Shown here piece by piece: positions 30,727 through 39,510 of a DNA stretch of 64,000 nt. The DNA is from an uncultured delta proteobacterium. GTDB lineage: Bacteria > Desulfobacterota > Binatia > UBA9968. The stretch is taken from the NCBI GenBank assembly GCA_963737905.1, contig CAVTUQ010000039.1, positions 64,001-128,000 on the forward strand. The letters are read 5' to 3'. The notes under the pieces were generated by a model that saw nothing but the letters and a program-made list of their open reading frames with translations, searched no databases and was not told the origin of the DNA. Position 1 is the first letter of the stretch; every line of letters begins with the position of its first letter. The translations under genes were made by a program, and so were the position numbers.

Positions 30727-30918
30727 TTAAGCTTTTTCGGCTTGCGAATCGCCGCCAGGTTTGGCCTCCATCGTCACGGATTCCTTCTGGTTGGTGCCAG
30801 GCTTGCGATGGGCTTCCTGCTCCCGTGCCCGCAACGCATTCAGTCGCTCCCGGAACCAAGTTTTCTCGGGCCAGGCCCAGTTATGATCAGAGTTGGGGTC
30901 GAACTCCGGCGGTTTCAT
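30727..30918 (-). CDS. Hypothetical small protein (63 aa) with WPxxTWFxxRL motif
   Basis: MKPPEFDPNSDHNWAWPEKTWFRERLNALR...; sigma54 motif immediately upstream; no clear SD sequence. Confidence 0.55.
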   Translation of the reverse strand: MKPPEFDPNSDHNWAWPEKTWFRERLNALRAREQEAHRKPGTNQKESVTMEAKPGGDSQAEKA

Positions 30919-30937
30919 GGCGATCTGAGGATTGCCC

Positions 30938-30954
30938 AGCAATCAGCATGCCAT
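30938..30954 (-). promoter_or_regulatory. Sigma54 (-24/-12) promoter
   Basis: Minus strand ATGGCATGCTGATTGCT, near-consensus TGGCA-N-TTGCT with GG-N10-GC spacing. Confidence 0.7.
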
Positions 30955-31139
30955 AGCCTTTAGTGCGAATTTCCGAATGATTTTTCAGGAATCGATGGAA
31001 TGACTGAACGAAAACCGTTACTTGCCTTTACTCGCCGCCAAATTTTGAACGTTCAGCCGAACCGCTATAAATTGGCAAAGAAACAGATGCGCCTGGAGGG
31101 CAAGTCGTCACTTTCTCCGACCACGAACAAGAACGCTGT

Positions 31140-31769
31140 TTATGAGAAACTCTTCCAATTCAGGAATGACTTATCGGAATAGAGCGCGTCAACATCCGAA
31201 GGAACTGTGATGCCGCGGCTTTTTAAATAATCGGCGATCGGCTTGAGAGGCAGGCCCACGGCGGCCAGATAGTCGCCGCGAATGGACTCGATCAAATTGC
31301 GACCTTCCCCTTGGATCGAATAGGCGCCCGCCTTATCGAGCGATTCGTCACAGGAGAGATAATGCTCGCACTCTTTCTCCGAGTAGTCGCGCATCTTGAC
31401 CGAGACTTCTTCGACGATCCTAAGACCCGGCCCGCCCAAATCATCGAGGATGGCGACGCTGGTAAAGATCCGATGGATTTTTCCTGAAAGCAAGCGCAGC
31501 ATCCGTTTCGCATCCGCTATTCCATCAGGTTTACCGATCTTGCTAAGGTTTACTAGAATCATAGTGTCGCTACCGACAACTATGCTTTCGGGATAATTTC
31601 TAGCCACCGATTGGGCTTTTCCTACGGCGAAATCGAGAACCTCCTCTGCAACGGATCGATCGCTTATCGAAAGTTCATCGAACTCTGGAGCGATTACCTC
31701 GAACGGCAGACCGAGAAGCGCGATGATCTCACGACGGCGAGGCGAGGTGGAGGCCAGGAGGAGTCTCAT
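31140..31769 (-). CDS. maf: Maf-family nucleoside triphosphate pyrophosphatase
   Basis: LLLASTSPRR, GSDT, GKP, DKAGAYSIQG, VGLP. Confidence 0.93.
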   Translation of the reverse strand: MRLLLASTSPRRREIIALLGLPFEVIAPEFDELSISDRSVAEEVLDFAVGKAQSVARNYPESIVVGSDTMILVNLSKIGKPDGIADAKRMLRLLSGKIHRIFTSVAILDDLGGPGLRIVEEVSVKMRDYSEKECEHYLSCDESLDKAGAYSIQGEGRNLIESIRGDYLAAVGLPLKPIADYLKSRGITVPSDVDALYSDKSFLNWKSFS

Positions 31770-32947
31770 GAAAACAAAAAAGTCGTGTTCGTGACTCGTG
31801 AATCGTTACCGGGAAGCGCAAGCTCGGCGGGATCGAACCGCGCGCCGAGCGATCCGCCGTAGGTCCTGAGACACTGGACAACTTCATCGAAGTGGTTCAC
31901 GCGCACCATCTGCGCGCGTAGCTGCGCCGCCCCAGGGGAATCGCAACAGTACCACGCCAGATGTTTGCGCATACCAACGAAACTTCGGATCACGTTGTGT
32001 TTTTCAAAATGACGGCTATGCTCCAGGAGGACGCGAAAACGCTCCTCCAGACCGATGGACGGTGAATCAATCGTTAAACCGGCAGCGGAGCGCAAAGCCT
32101 GCTTCGCCTGGTCCTTGGCTCTGAAGATCCACGGATTACCCTGGGCAGCGCGCCCGAGGAGGACGCCGTCGACCCCGGTTTCACGCACGCGGCGGAAAAC
32201 CGCCTCCATGTGTTTTACGTCTCCGTTACCGAGAATGAGAGTCGGGGAATTCTTTGCAATCTCGACGGCACGCCCGATCGCTTCCCAATCGGCGTTGCCC
32301 TTGTAACCCTGCTGGAGAGTCCGGCCGTGAAGAGTGATGGCCGCTAGACCCTCCGCCAGCAGAGTTTGCATCCAGTCCTCGACGACGACGCGGTCGTAGC
32401 CGACCCGCGTCTTGACCGACAGAGGGATGAGACGCCGCCAGGCCGGGGTCTCCAGTCCGCTCCTAAGTCGATTTGAAGTCTTGATGCCCTGGATTAACTC
32501 CGGGCTGATCTTGAGATCGTACAGAGTTTGTCCTTCAACCCAGTCTTTGATGCCTTGGCCTGCCGCCTGGATGATCGAACGAGCTAAATCTGGCGTGCGA
32601 ATTAGAGCCGCCCCGCTACCCGTGGCGGCAACTTTTTTTGCCGGGCAACCCATATTAATATCCAAGCCATCAAAGCCAAGTTCACAAACGATGTGCGCAA
32701 CCTTGTAGAACATTTCCGGCCTATGACCGTAGACCTGTGCAACCACCGGACGTTCGATCGGGTCATACATCAGGTCTTTGATGAGGCTGTGGGGTGCAAA
32801 GAAGGCGGTCTCGACATTGACAAACTCCGTAAATATAACATCCGGATCGCCGTGCTTTGCCGTGATAAAACGAAAAGAAGCATCGGTGACTCCATCCATG
32901 GGTGAAAGACCGATAATGGGCCTAACTATTTTTTGCCAGAAATTCAT
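31766..32947 (-). CDS. dus: tRNA-dihydrouridine synthase
   Basis: SPMDGVTD, DINMGCP, SVKTR, LHGRT, GNGD, GRAAQGNPW, MRKHLAWY. Confidence 0.93.
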   Translation of the reverse strand: MNFWQKIVRPIIGLSPMDGVTDASFRFITAKHGDPDVIFTEFVNVETAFFAPHSLIKDLMYDPIERPVVAQVYGHRPEMFYKVAHIVCELGFDGLDINMGCPAKKVAATGSGAALIRTPDLARSIIQAAGQGIKDWVEGQTLYDLKISPELIQGIKTSNRLRSGLETPAWRRLIPLSVKTRVGYDRVVVEDWMQTLLAEGLAAITLHGRTLQQGYKGNADWEAIGRAVEIAKNSPTLILGNGDVKHMEAVFRRVRETGVDGVLLGRAAQGNPWIFRAKDQAKQALRSAAGLTIDSPSIGLEERFRVLLEHSRHFEKHNVIRSFVGMRKHLAWYCCDSPGAAQLRAQMVRVNHFDEVVQCLRTYGGSLGARFDPAELALPGNDSRVTNTTFLFS

Positions 32948-33153
32948 GTTGCTTGGTCGTTAGGATACCATTGGCTCCCTAACCCTTTCAAATGGCACTT
33001 CAGTTGCGAAGTTTGACGTAACGAGTTTGAAGGAAGGATAAGAACAAGGATGAAAGCGGAGTTATCGATTCGGGACAGCGGGAAGGACTTATGTATCTAA
33101 CAAGCACTTGCCGCACGTTCTTACGGGTATAGAATGGAATCTCGCGCACCAAC

Positions 33154-34227
33154 ATGAAGATCGCTCAGATCACCAGCGTGTATATCTCCGTTCCACCGAA
33201 GACCCATGGGGGAACGGAGCGGATCGTCTACCACCTTTGCCAACAGCTCGATCGGCGCGGGCATCATGTCGAGCTTTTCGCGTCAGGAGATTCGCAAGTC
33301 ACTTGCACGTTGCAAGCGGTCTTGCCGGTCGCCACGCAGTATGATCCCCAATCAACGTTCTACCTGGAAAAGGAGTATGAGGCGCGCAACACCTACAATC
33401 TTTATCGCCAGGCGGAACGCTTCGACGTCATTCACGCTCACTGGACAACCCTCGCCCCCTATTTTTCTGCGCTTGCGACAATCCCCACACTGGTCACCTA
33501 TGCTTATATTGAGAAGGAGCTGCACCAATACTATCAGAAACATTTTCCGCGTTGCCTTCCGGTATGCGTCAGCCGCGCTCAGGCAAACATGCTGGGAGAC
33601 GATTCGCTTCCGGTGGTTTACAACGGGGTGGATCTAGACGAGATTCCCTTTAATGACCGGCCGGAAGATTTCTTCATGATCGTCGGCCGCATGACCCCCG
33701 GGAAGGGCATTGCCGAGGCGATCCGCATTGCCAAAAAGGCGAAAGTGAAGCTCCTCATTGTCGGTCATGTCACAACCCACCTACCGTGGAGCGAGGAGTA
33801 TTTTTTAAAAGAAATCAAGCCGCACATCGACGGCGATCACGTTCGTTATATCGAGCGTTTGGCTTATCACGACATCGTGCAAACGATGGGCAAAGCCAGA
33901 GGCTTTCTCTTTCCGCTGCAGTGGGATGAACCCTTCGGTATGGTGGTCATCGAAGCGATGGCTGCGGGAACGCCGGTGCTGGCGTACCGCCGCGGCTCGA
34001 TGCCGGAATTAATCAAGAACAGTGAGACCGGCTACCTGGTTGAAAACGAGGAAGAGATGGTCGAGATGACGCATCGGGTCTCAACCGTGGATCGCGCACG
34101 CTGTCGCAACTGGGTGCAACAGAATTTTTCGGTAGAACAAATGGTGGACCGCTACGAGCAGCTCTATCGAAAGGTAACCAGCGGGCACTGGAGCCTGAAG
34201 GGCAAACCAGAGCGCCACCATGCGTGA
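33154..34227 (+). CDS. Glycosyltransferase family 4
   Basis: VPPKTHGGTER, YNG, GRMTPGKG, EPFGMVVIEAMAAGTPV. Confidence 0.92.
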   Translation: MKIAQITSVYISVPPKTHGGTERIVYHLCQQLDRRGHHVELFASGDSQVTCTLQAVLPVATQYDPQSTFYLEKEYEARNTYNLYRQAERFDVIHAHWTTLAPYFSALATIPTLVTYAYIEKELHQYYQKHFPRCLPVCVSRAQANMLGDDSLPVVYNGVDLDEIPFNDRPEDFFMIVGRMTPGKGIAEAIRIAKKAKVKLLIVGHVTTHLPWSEEYFLKEIKPHIDGDHVRYIERLAYHDIVQTMGKARGFLFPLQWDEPFGMVVIEAMAAGTPVLAYRRGSMPELIKNSETGYLVENEEEMVEMTHRVSTVDRARCRNWVQQNFSVEQMVDRYEQLYRKVTSGHWSLKGKPERHHA

Positions 34228-35224
34228 CAAAAACTGGAATCTCGAGCGGCTGCGGAGCGAGAGCAGCTATTGGCGCTCGTGTATTCTGATCACAGCCGCC
34301 CATCTGGATCTATTCGGTTGGATCGGCAAGCAAGAAAAAAGCCCAAAAGCTCTGGCGGCCCATTTTGGCGGCAGCACTTCCGGATGGGAAATTTTTCTCA
34401 ATGCGCTTTGCGCCATGGGCTTAATGCGAAGGCACCGCGATAAGTTTGCCAATGGCGCATTTGCCGCGCACACTCTCACGCGTGGGGGCGCCGCTTTTCT
34501 GCTGCCCGCTTATGACGCATGGGACAATTGGGGTGGTCTCGCCTCTGCCCTCATCGCCGGAAAGCGACCCGGGCTGCAGAAGCCTTTCGTTTCTGATCGA
34601 ACGAAGGCTGGGCGGTTGCTTCATAGCCTGGAGCTCGACGCTCGTGAGATCGCACCCTATCTGATCGAGAAATTACCGTTGCGCCGATCCGCAACTTTGC
34701 TGGACATCGGTGGCGGGCTGGGAACTTTCTCCATTGCTTTTTGTCGCTCTTATCCCCGTCTACAAGTAACCTTGGTGGAGCATCCTCACGTCCTTCCTCT
34801 GGCCCGTCGCGCCGTGAAAAAAGCCGGCATGGCGAGACGGGTGCAGATCGTGGGGGCCGACTTCTCAACAGACGCTCTGCCGCGGGGATTCGATACCATA
34901 TTTGTCTCCAATGTCCTCCACGCCCACGGCGCCGCAGAAAACCGCGCCCTGCTGCATAAGCTCCAGCGCTGTTTGAACCCTCACGGCCAATTGATTATCC
35001 GCGACGTCTTTATGAGCCCAAAGCGTACGGCACCCGAGTGGGCCACGCTCTTTTCAGTTCTGCTCCTTGTGCACACACCGCGAGGGCGTTGCTATGCACT
35101 CGACGAGATTCGCGCGTGGTTGCGCCAAGCCGGCTTTTCACGGATACGGGGACCCTTCCGTTCCAGCCCGCTTCCGTGTGATCCCGACTCGATCTTAATC
35201 GGGGCCAAAACGGGTAAGGAATAA
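34220..35224 (+). CDS. SAM-dependent O-methyltransferase (dimerisation domain plus Methyltransf_2-like)
   Basis: LLDIGGGLG, GADF, SNVLH; overlaps the GT4 stop. Confidence 0.88.
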   Translation: MRDKNWNLERLRSESSYWRSCILITAAHLDLFGWIGKQEKSPKALAAHFGGSTSGWEIFLNALCAMGLMRRHRDKFANGAFAAHTLTRGGAAFLLPAYDAWDNWGGLASALIAGKRPGLQKPFVSDRTKAGRLLHSLELDAREIAPYLIEKLPLRRSATLLDIGGGLGTFSIAFCRSYPRLQVTLVEHPHVLPLARRAVKKAGMARRVQIVGADFSTDALPRGFDTIFVSNVLHAHGAAENRALLHKLQRCLNPHGQLIIRDVFMSPKRTAPEWATLFSVLLLVHTPRGRCYALDEIRAWLRQAGFSRIRGPFRSSPLPCDPDSILIGAKTGKE

Positions 35225-35269
35225 TGAGAGCAACCGGAGCAAGCCGTCTCGTCTCCCAATAATGATTGG

Positions 35270-35455
35270 CTAAAGATCCGACGCCAGAGTTCCCCGGGTT
35301 CCCCAGTCCTCCTTGTCGATATCTTGAAAGAGGATATGGAGCGAGTCGGGCTTGACCTTGACCACCTCCTCGAAGTCTTGGGTGATCCTGCGCACCAGTT
35401 CCTTTTTCTGCTCCTTGGTTCTGCCCTTATACATATGAATGTGCACCACCGGCAT
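35270..35455 (-). CDS. 4-oxalocrotonate tautomerase family protein
   Basis: GGAGG RBS, catalytic Pro1 (MPVVHIHMYKGRTKEQK), 61 aa. Confidence 0.9.
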   Translation of the reverse strand: MPVVHIHMYKGRTKEQKKELVRRITQDFEEVVKVKPDSLHILFQDIDKEDWGTRGTLASDL

Positions 35456-35567
35456 GTTCACCTCCGCCATTGAAAAGTATAAATGCAGAATTATGAAAGC
35501 AAAGGGCATAAGGCAAGAGCTGCACAGGAAGCAAGCGGATTCATGAAACCGATCCGGTCGTTACGCT

Positions 35568-36512
35568 CTATTGTTTCGCGGACCGGCTATATCGTGTTTT
35601 CAATTGCTGAAGATACGCCTGCATTCCATCTTGAGAGGTGTCATGGGGAAGTTTTTTGAAGTCATCGATCAGGATTCTGATATCGCCGACTTTCTCCGAC
35701 AAGGCGGCAATCTGATCGAAATATCGGTAGTAGGCCAGATCATGGCTGAGCTTTGCTTCCAGCACCGTGGGTGGGTGCTGGCCCGCTATCTGACGTTGAA
35801 ACTGGCGATTATAAACTGGATAGGATGGAATAAGATTCAGAATCTGTGTCTTGGCCTCTTCTATTTCAACGGTCTTGAAAAGTTTCTCCGCCTCGGTCAC
35901 CAGAGCGTTCAACTCCCGTGCATACTGTCTCTCTTCCTCCAGCGTTGCCAACGCTTGCTTTAAGTATTGTTGATCTCCCTTGCGCCTGAAAAATTCCACC
36001 GCGGCCAGGGAACCAAGGGGGGTAACGATCGACTCTTCAATTTCCCAAGGCAGGGCGAAATTGTTGTCACCGTGTAGGTCCTCATGCAGAATTACTTTGA
36101 CCCGTCGCACGATCCCTTCTTCTGCGAAACCCACCGTGGCGACGGAGCGCGAATCGGCGAACTCATTTCCCTGGCGATAGTAGACGCTATAGCCGTCCAC
36201 CTGATAGACCTGTTCCAATTTCAAATCCTCTTTGGCCACGGAGAAGCCGATGGCCATACGAATGTCGACCGGAGCGTGCAGAGCCAGGGTTCCGTCGCGC
36301 TGCATCCAGAACCACAACATGGAGAGCGCTGGCCCCTCCTGCACGGTCCGGCTGAGCGCTGCCGTGGGCTCGATACCCAGTGTCTTGCCGAAGGCTTTGA
36401 CCTCCCCGACAAGGCGCGCGTTTTCTTCGAGTCGCGTTCCATGATCGAGCCGAGCAAGAGCACAAGAAGAGAGACCCAGGGTGAGAAAGCAACCGGCGAC
36501 GAGTTTAACCAA
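35568..36512 (-). CDS. Lipoprotein, putative zinc metallopeptidase
   Basis: Lipobox LSSC; ILHEDLH followed by EIEES (HExxH plus downstream E). Confidence 0.65.
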   Translation of the reverse strand: MVKLVAGCFLTLGLSSCALARLDHGTRLEENARLVGEVKAFGKTLGIEPTAALSRTVQEGPALSMLWFWMQRDGTLALHAPVDIRMAIGFSVAKEDLKLEQVYQVDGYSVYYRQGNEFADSRSVATVGFAEEGIVRRVKVILHEDLHGDNNFALPWEIEESIVTPLGSLAAVEFFRRKGDQQYLKQALATLEEERQYARELNALVTEAEKLFKTVEIEEAKTQILNLIPSYPVYNRQFQRQIAGQHPPTVLEAKLSHDLAYYRYFDQIAALSEKVGDIRILIDDFKKLPHDTSQDGMQAYLQQLKTRYSRSAKQ

Positions 36513-36572
36513 CTGCCATCGGCGCCGCGTCCGCCTCCGTCCCGTTGAACCATTTTGGATTGAACCTGAACG

Positions 36573-37454
36573 TCAGAGAGTAAACAGAGAAGCGAGGGGA
36601 GCCAGCCGAGGAATCGCCCCGACCTCGACCAGCATTTGCATCTCGGCGGCCGCGAGCTTTTGCTCCGCTTCGGTGAAGGTGAACTCGATCTTCGGATAAC
36701 GAGCTGAAGCTAGGAGCGCCTCCTTGTCCCCACCGTAACGCTTGACAAACTCCTCGCCGATCTCATCCAGGTGGGCTTCGCTATATGCGAAGGAGCGGCG
36801 AAAGGCCGCGAGCAAGGTCTCTTTGATCCCTGGATAACGTTGCAGCAGATCCTCCCGCGCTGCAATCATGTGCTTGATCATCTGGTCGAACCCATGAAGC
36901 TTTCGCCATGCCTCGCCGTCGGTGTAAAGGCAACGCACACCATCGGCTTCTTCGCCGCGGAAGAAAAAATGATCGAGCAAAACAACGGCGTCCACCTTGC
37001 CGCTCCGCAGCACGTCGAGGAGTTTCTCCTGAGGGTGAGACTCCCAGCGCAGCGTGCGGTCGTCTACCCCATAAACGCGGCGCAGCAGATAACGGTGAAT
37101 CGCGTGGGCGCCCTGGTGCGTCGCAATGAGACGGCCGGCGAGATCCTGCGGAGCTTCCACCGGGCCGTCGATGCGGACGAAGACCCCGTTGCCCTTCATC
37201 GTCGATTTCCATTCCGTGGAGAGCCCGATAATGGGCGCTCCCTGAAGTTTTCGGCTGAGAAAATTCGGCAGGTAGATATTCGCCACCTGGACGTCGCCAC
37301 GGATCAGAGCCTCCTCCTGCTCATGGCTGGGCGGGTCGGGCAGCTCGATCACTTTCATGTCAAAACCCTCCGGCCTCACCTTCCCAGTAGCCAGGGCATA
37401 ATACGTGCGAAACATACAGAAACGGTTGCGATAGTGCGCGAAGGTCAATTCCAT
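36573..37454 (-). CDS. Cytoplasmic binding-protein-fold protein (MqnA/MqnD- or NitT/TauT-like)
   Basis: ALIRGDVQVA, DLAGRLIA, LRSGKVDAVV, AFRRSFAY; no signal peptide. Confidence 0.7.
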   Translation of the reverse strand: MELTFAHYRNRFCMFRTYYALATGKVRPEGFDMKVIELPDPPSHEQEEALIRGDVQVANIYLPNFLSRKLQGAPIIGLSTEWKSTMKGNGVFVRIDGPVEAPQDLAGRLIATHQGAHAIHRYLLRRVYGVDDRTLRWESHPQEKLLDVLRSGKVDAVVLLDHFFFRGEEADGVRCLYTDGEAWRKLHGFDQMIKHMIAAREDLLQRYPGIKETLLAAFRRSFAYSEAHLDEIGEEFVKRYGGDKEALLASARYPKIEFTFTEAEQKLAAAEMQMLVEVGAIPRLAPLASLFTL

Positions 37455-37464
37455 AATCTTGCCT

Positions 37465-38703
37465 TTAGGATTTGGCTACCTCTTGCCTACGCCGATTGCA
37501 GATATCCAAAGCGGCCATCACATAAACCTTGGTACAATTGACCATGTTGTCAATGCCGACGCCCCGCCGCACTCCGCTTGGCGTATCCCACTCCGCCGGC
37601 GCCCTTGTCTCCGTTGGGTCAACCAGGTGGGTACCGAAACCGGGACCATAGGTGATGCTGGGAACACCATAAGCGGCGATCCGCGATCCGTCACTGGTGA
37701 TACCGTAGCGGATTGGTTTCGCATAGGGCACCGGCTTGCCGAAGACCGCCTTGTGCGCATTCGCCATGGCCTTAACTACATATTCGCTCTTGGAAATCTC
37801 ATAGCCGTCCGTTGATAAATAAAGATCAACCCGTGTGTCGAGGATGTCACTCTCCCGTTTTTGCACCTTCGCGCAGACGGCCTCGATCTCGCGCTTGATC
37901 TCCAGCGGCGGTGTCCCCGGCAAAATTTTTACGATGACGAAGATGTCCGTCGTTGGGCGGGTGCCCGGCTTGAACGGATTACCCCCTTCAATCGCGCCGA
38001 TCTGCACGGTAGGCAGCATAAATTTGTGGGTGTATTTGCGCTGATACTCTTTTTCCCAATCCTGGATCGCCTGGGCAACTTTAGTTGCCGCGAGCACGAA
38101 TTTGGTTGCCTTTCCGTCTACGCTCGCCCGCGCCCAAACCACGCCTGCGTTGCCGATCTGGAGCTGCAAGCCGGTGGGTTCGCCGATAATGCACATATCT
38201 GCCATCACGCCGTGATCCATCATGTGCCGCGCCCCGACGCCAGCGCCGCGGTAGGTCTTACCCTGGAATCTACCGATCTGAGCCTTTTCAATCTCGCCGA
38301 CCACGCCGGATATGATGAGATCGCCTTTGAGCTGAACATCTGCTTTTTGTATCGCCGATACCGCCTCGATATAGCAGGGAAACGCAGCCTTCATATTGAC
38401 CAGACCACGGCCGTAGATTCGGTCGTCTTCGACGACCGTCTCCTGCGGGTTGTCGAAATGATCCATATGAGCGCAAAACATTAGAGTTGCGCCGCCCCCG
38501 GTTCCCTTCAATCTTCCGATGACATTGGGTCGTCCCTCCTCCACTTCCTGATACTCGACCGCCATTCCCAGCCTTTCGAACTCGCTGCCAAGATATTCCG
38601 CAATTTCCCTCTCTTCCCCTGTGATGCTGACGATGTCAGCCACATTCCGGGCAAGCTCAACAATTCTTTGCCGATCCACCTGTTCAAGCACTTGGGGTTT
38701 CAT
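37465..38703 (-). CDS. M20-family amidohydrolase (ArgE/DapE-like) with atypical metal motifs
   Basis: RPNVIGRLKG, AHMD, YGRGLVNMK, GEPT, ITYGPG. Confidence 0.82.
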   Translation of the reverse strand: MKPQVLEQVDRQRIVELARNVADIVSITGEEREIAEYLGSEFERLGMAVEYQEVEEGRPNVIGRLKGTGGGATLMFCAHMDHFDNPQETVVEDDRIYGRGLVNMKAAFPCYIEAVSAIQKADVQLKGDLIISGVVGEIEKAQIGRFQGKTYRGAGVGARHMMDHGVMADMCIIGEPTGLQLQIGNAGVVWARASVDGKATKFVLAATKVAQAIQDWEKEYQRKYTHKFMLPTVQIGAIEGGNPFKPGTRPTTDIFVIVKILPGTPPLEIKREIEAVCAKVQKRESDILDTRVDLYLSTDGYEISKSEYVVKAMANAHKAVFGKPVPYAKPIRYGITSDGSRIAAYGVPSITYGPGFGTHLVDPTETRAPAEWDTPSGVRRGVGIDNMVNCTKVYVMAALDICNRRRQEVAKS

Positions 38704-38841
38704 TCTCTCTCCTCTCTACCTGTTGCAAAGTGTTCGCAGAGATTTTTCTGTAGCACACTCGCTTCAGTACTGACAAGAACGTGGCTGCTGGTTGGCGTGG
38801 CGGTTGACGGTCGCCGTCGATTCGCTTAGATTTGTACGTCG

Positions 38842-39414
38842 ATGATGATTGGATTGGATATCGATGGCGTATTGGCGGATTTTGTTTCCCCTTTTCTGCG
38901 GGTTTTGGAAGACCAGATAGGCTGTGCGCCGATAGACCCGCAAACTTACGTAGACCTCTATTTTTCCGGTCACGCCGGACTGTCCAAAGAGATCGTTACC
39001 GAATGCGTGATGAAAGTTTCCAACGACCCGAAATTCTGGGAGGCGCTCGCGCCTCTCCCGTCGGTCGGCCAATGGCAGGCGTTGGACAGGCTCAGCCGCA
39101 AACAGAAACTGGTTTTTGTCACCCACCGCTACGAACGGGAGACCTACGACATCGGCCAAGTTACTTGCGATTGGCTCAAAAAACATGGGGTCGGCAATCC
39201 GGTGGTCTATTTCACGCAGAAGCACAAGTCTGAGCTGATCGGAAAATTGAAAGTTGAGCTGTTCGTCGATGATCGGCATGAAAACTGCCGAGACGTTGCG
39301 GAGAACACGGATGCCGTCGTGCTAATGCCCCACCGCTCTTATAATCAGTCTTTCAGTCATCCTCGGGTGCAACGAATTCAGGACCTGGATGAACTATTTC
39401 ACTATATCGAATAG
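38842..39414 (+). CDS. HAD-superfamily 5'(3')-nucleotidase-like protein
   Basis: IGLDIDGVLAD, VTHR, K, FVDD, YNQ. Confidence 0.85.
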   Translation: MMIGLDIDGVLADFVSPFLRVLEDQIGCAPIDPQTYVDLYFSGHAGLSKEIVTECVMKVSNDPKFWEALAPLPSVGQWQALDRLSRKQKLVFVTHRYERETYDIGQVTCDWLKKHGVGNPVVYFTQKHKSELIGKLKVELFVDDRHENCRDVAENTDAVVLMPHRSYNQSFSHPRVQRIQDLDELFHYIE

Positions 39415-39441
39415 TCACCGTGCGACCAAAACAAGCAGCAA

Positions 39442-39481
39442 TGAACCTTTGAACGGCTTGAACGTATGGAACGATTTGAAC
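39442..39481. repeat. Short tandem repeat of (T/G)GAAC cores, 8-9 nt period, five copies
   Basis: TGAACCTT TGAACGGCT TGAACGTAT GGAACGATT TGAAC in an intergenic region. Confidence 0.6.
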
Positions 39482-39510
39482 TTCTCGATGTGAAACCAAG
39501 GAGGTGAAAG

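Noticed and set aside
31000-31182. 60-aa + strand ORF
   Set aside because: Overlaps the maf 3' end, lacks a clear RBS, and occupies the upstream region of the 30938 sigma54 promoter.
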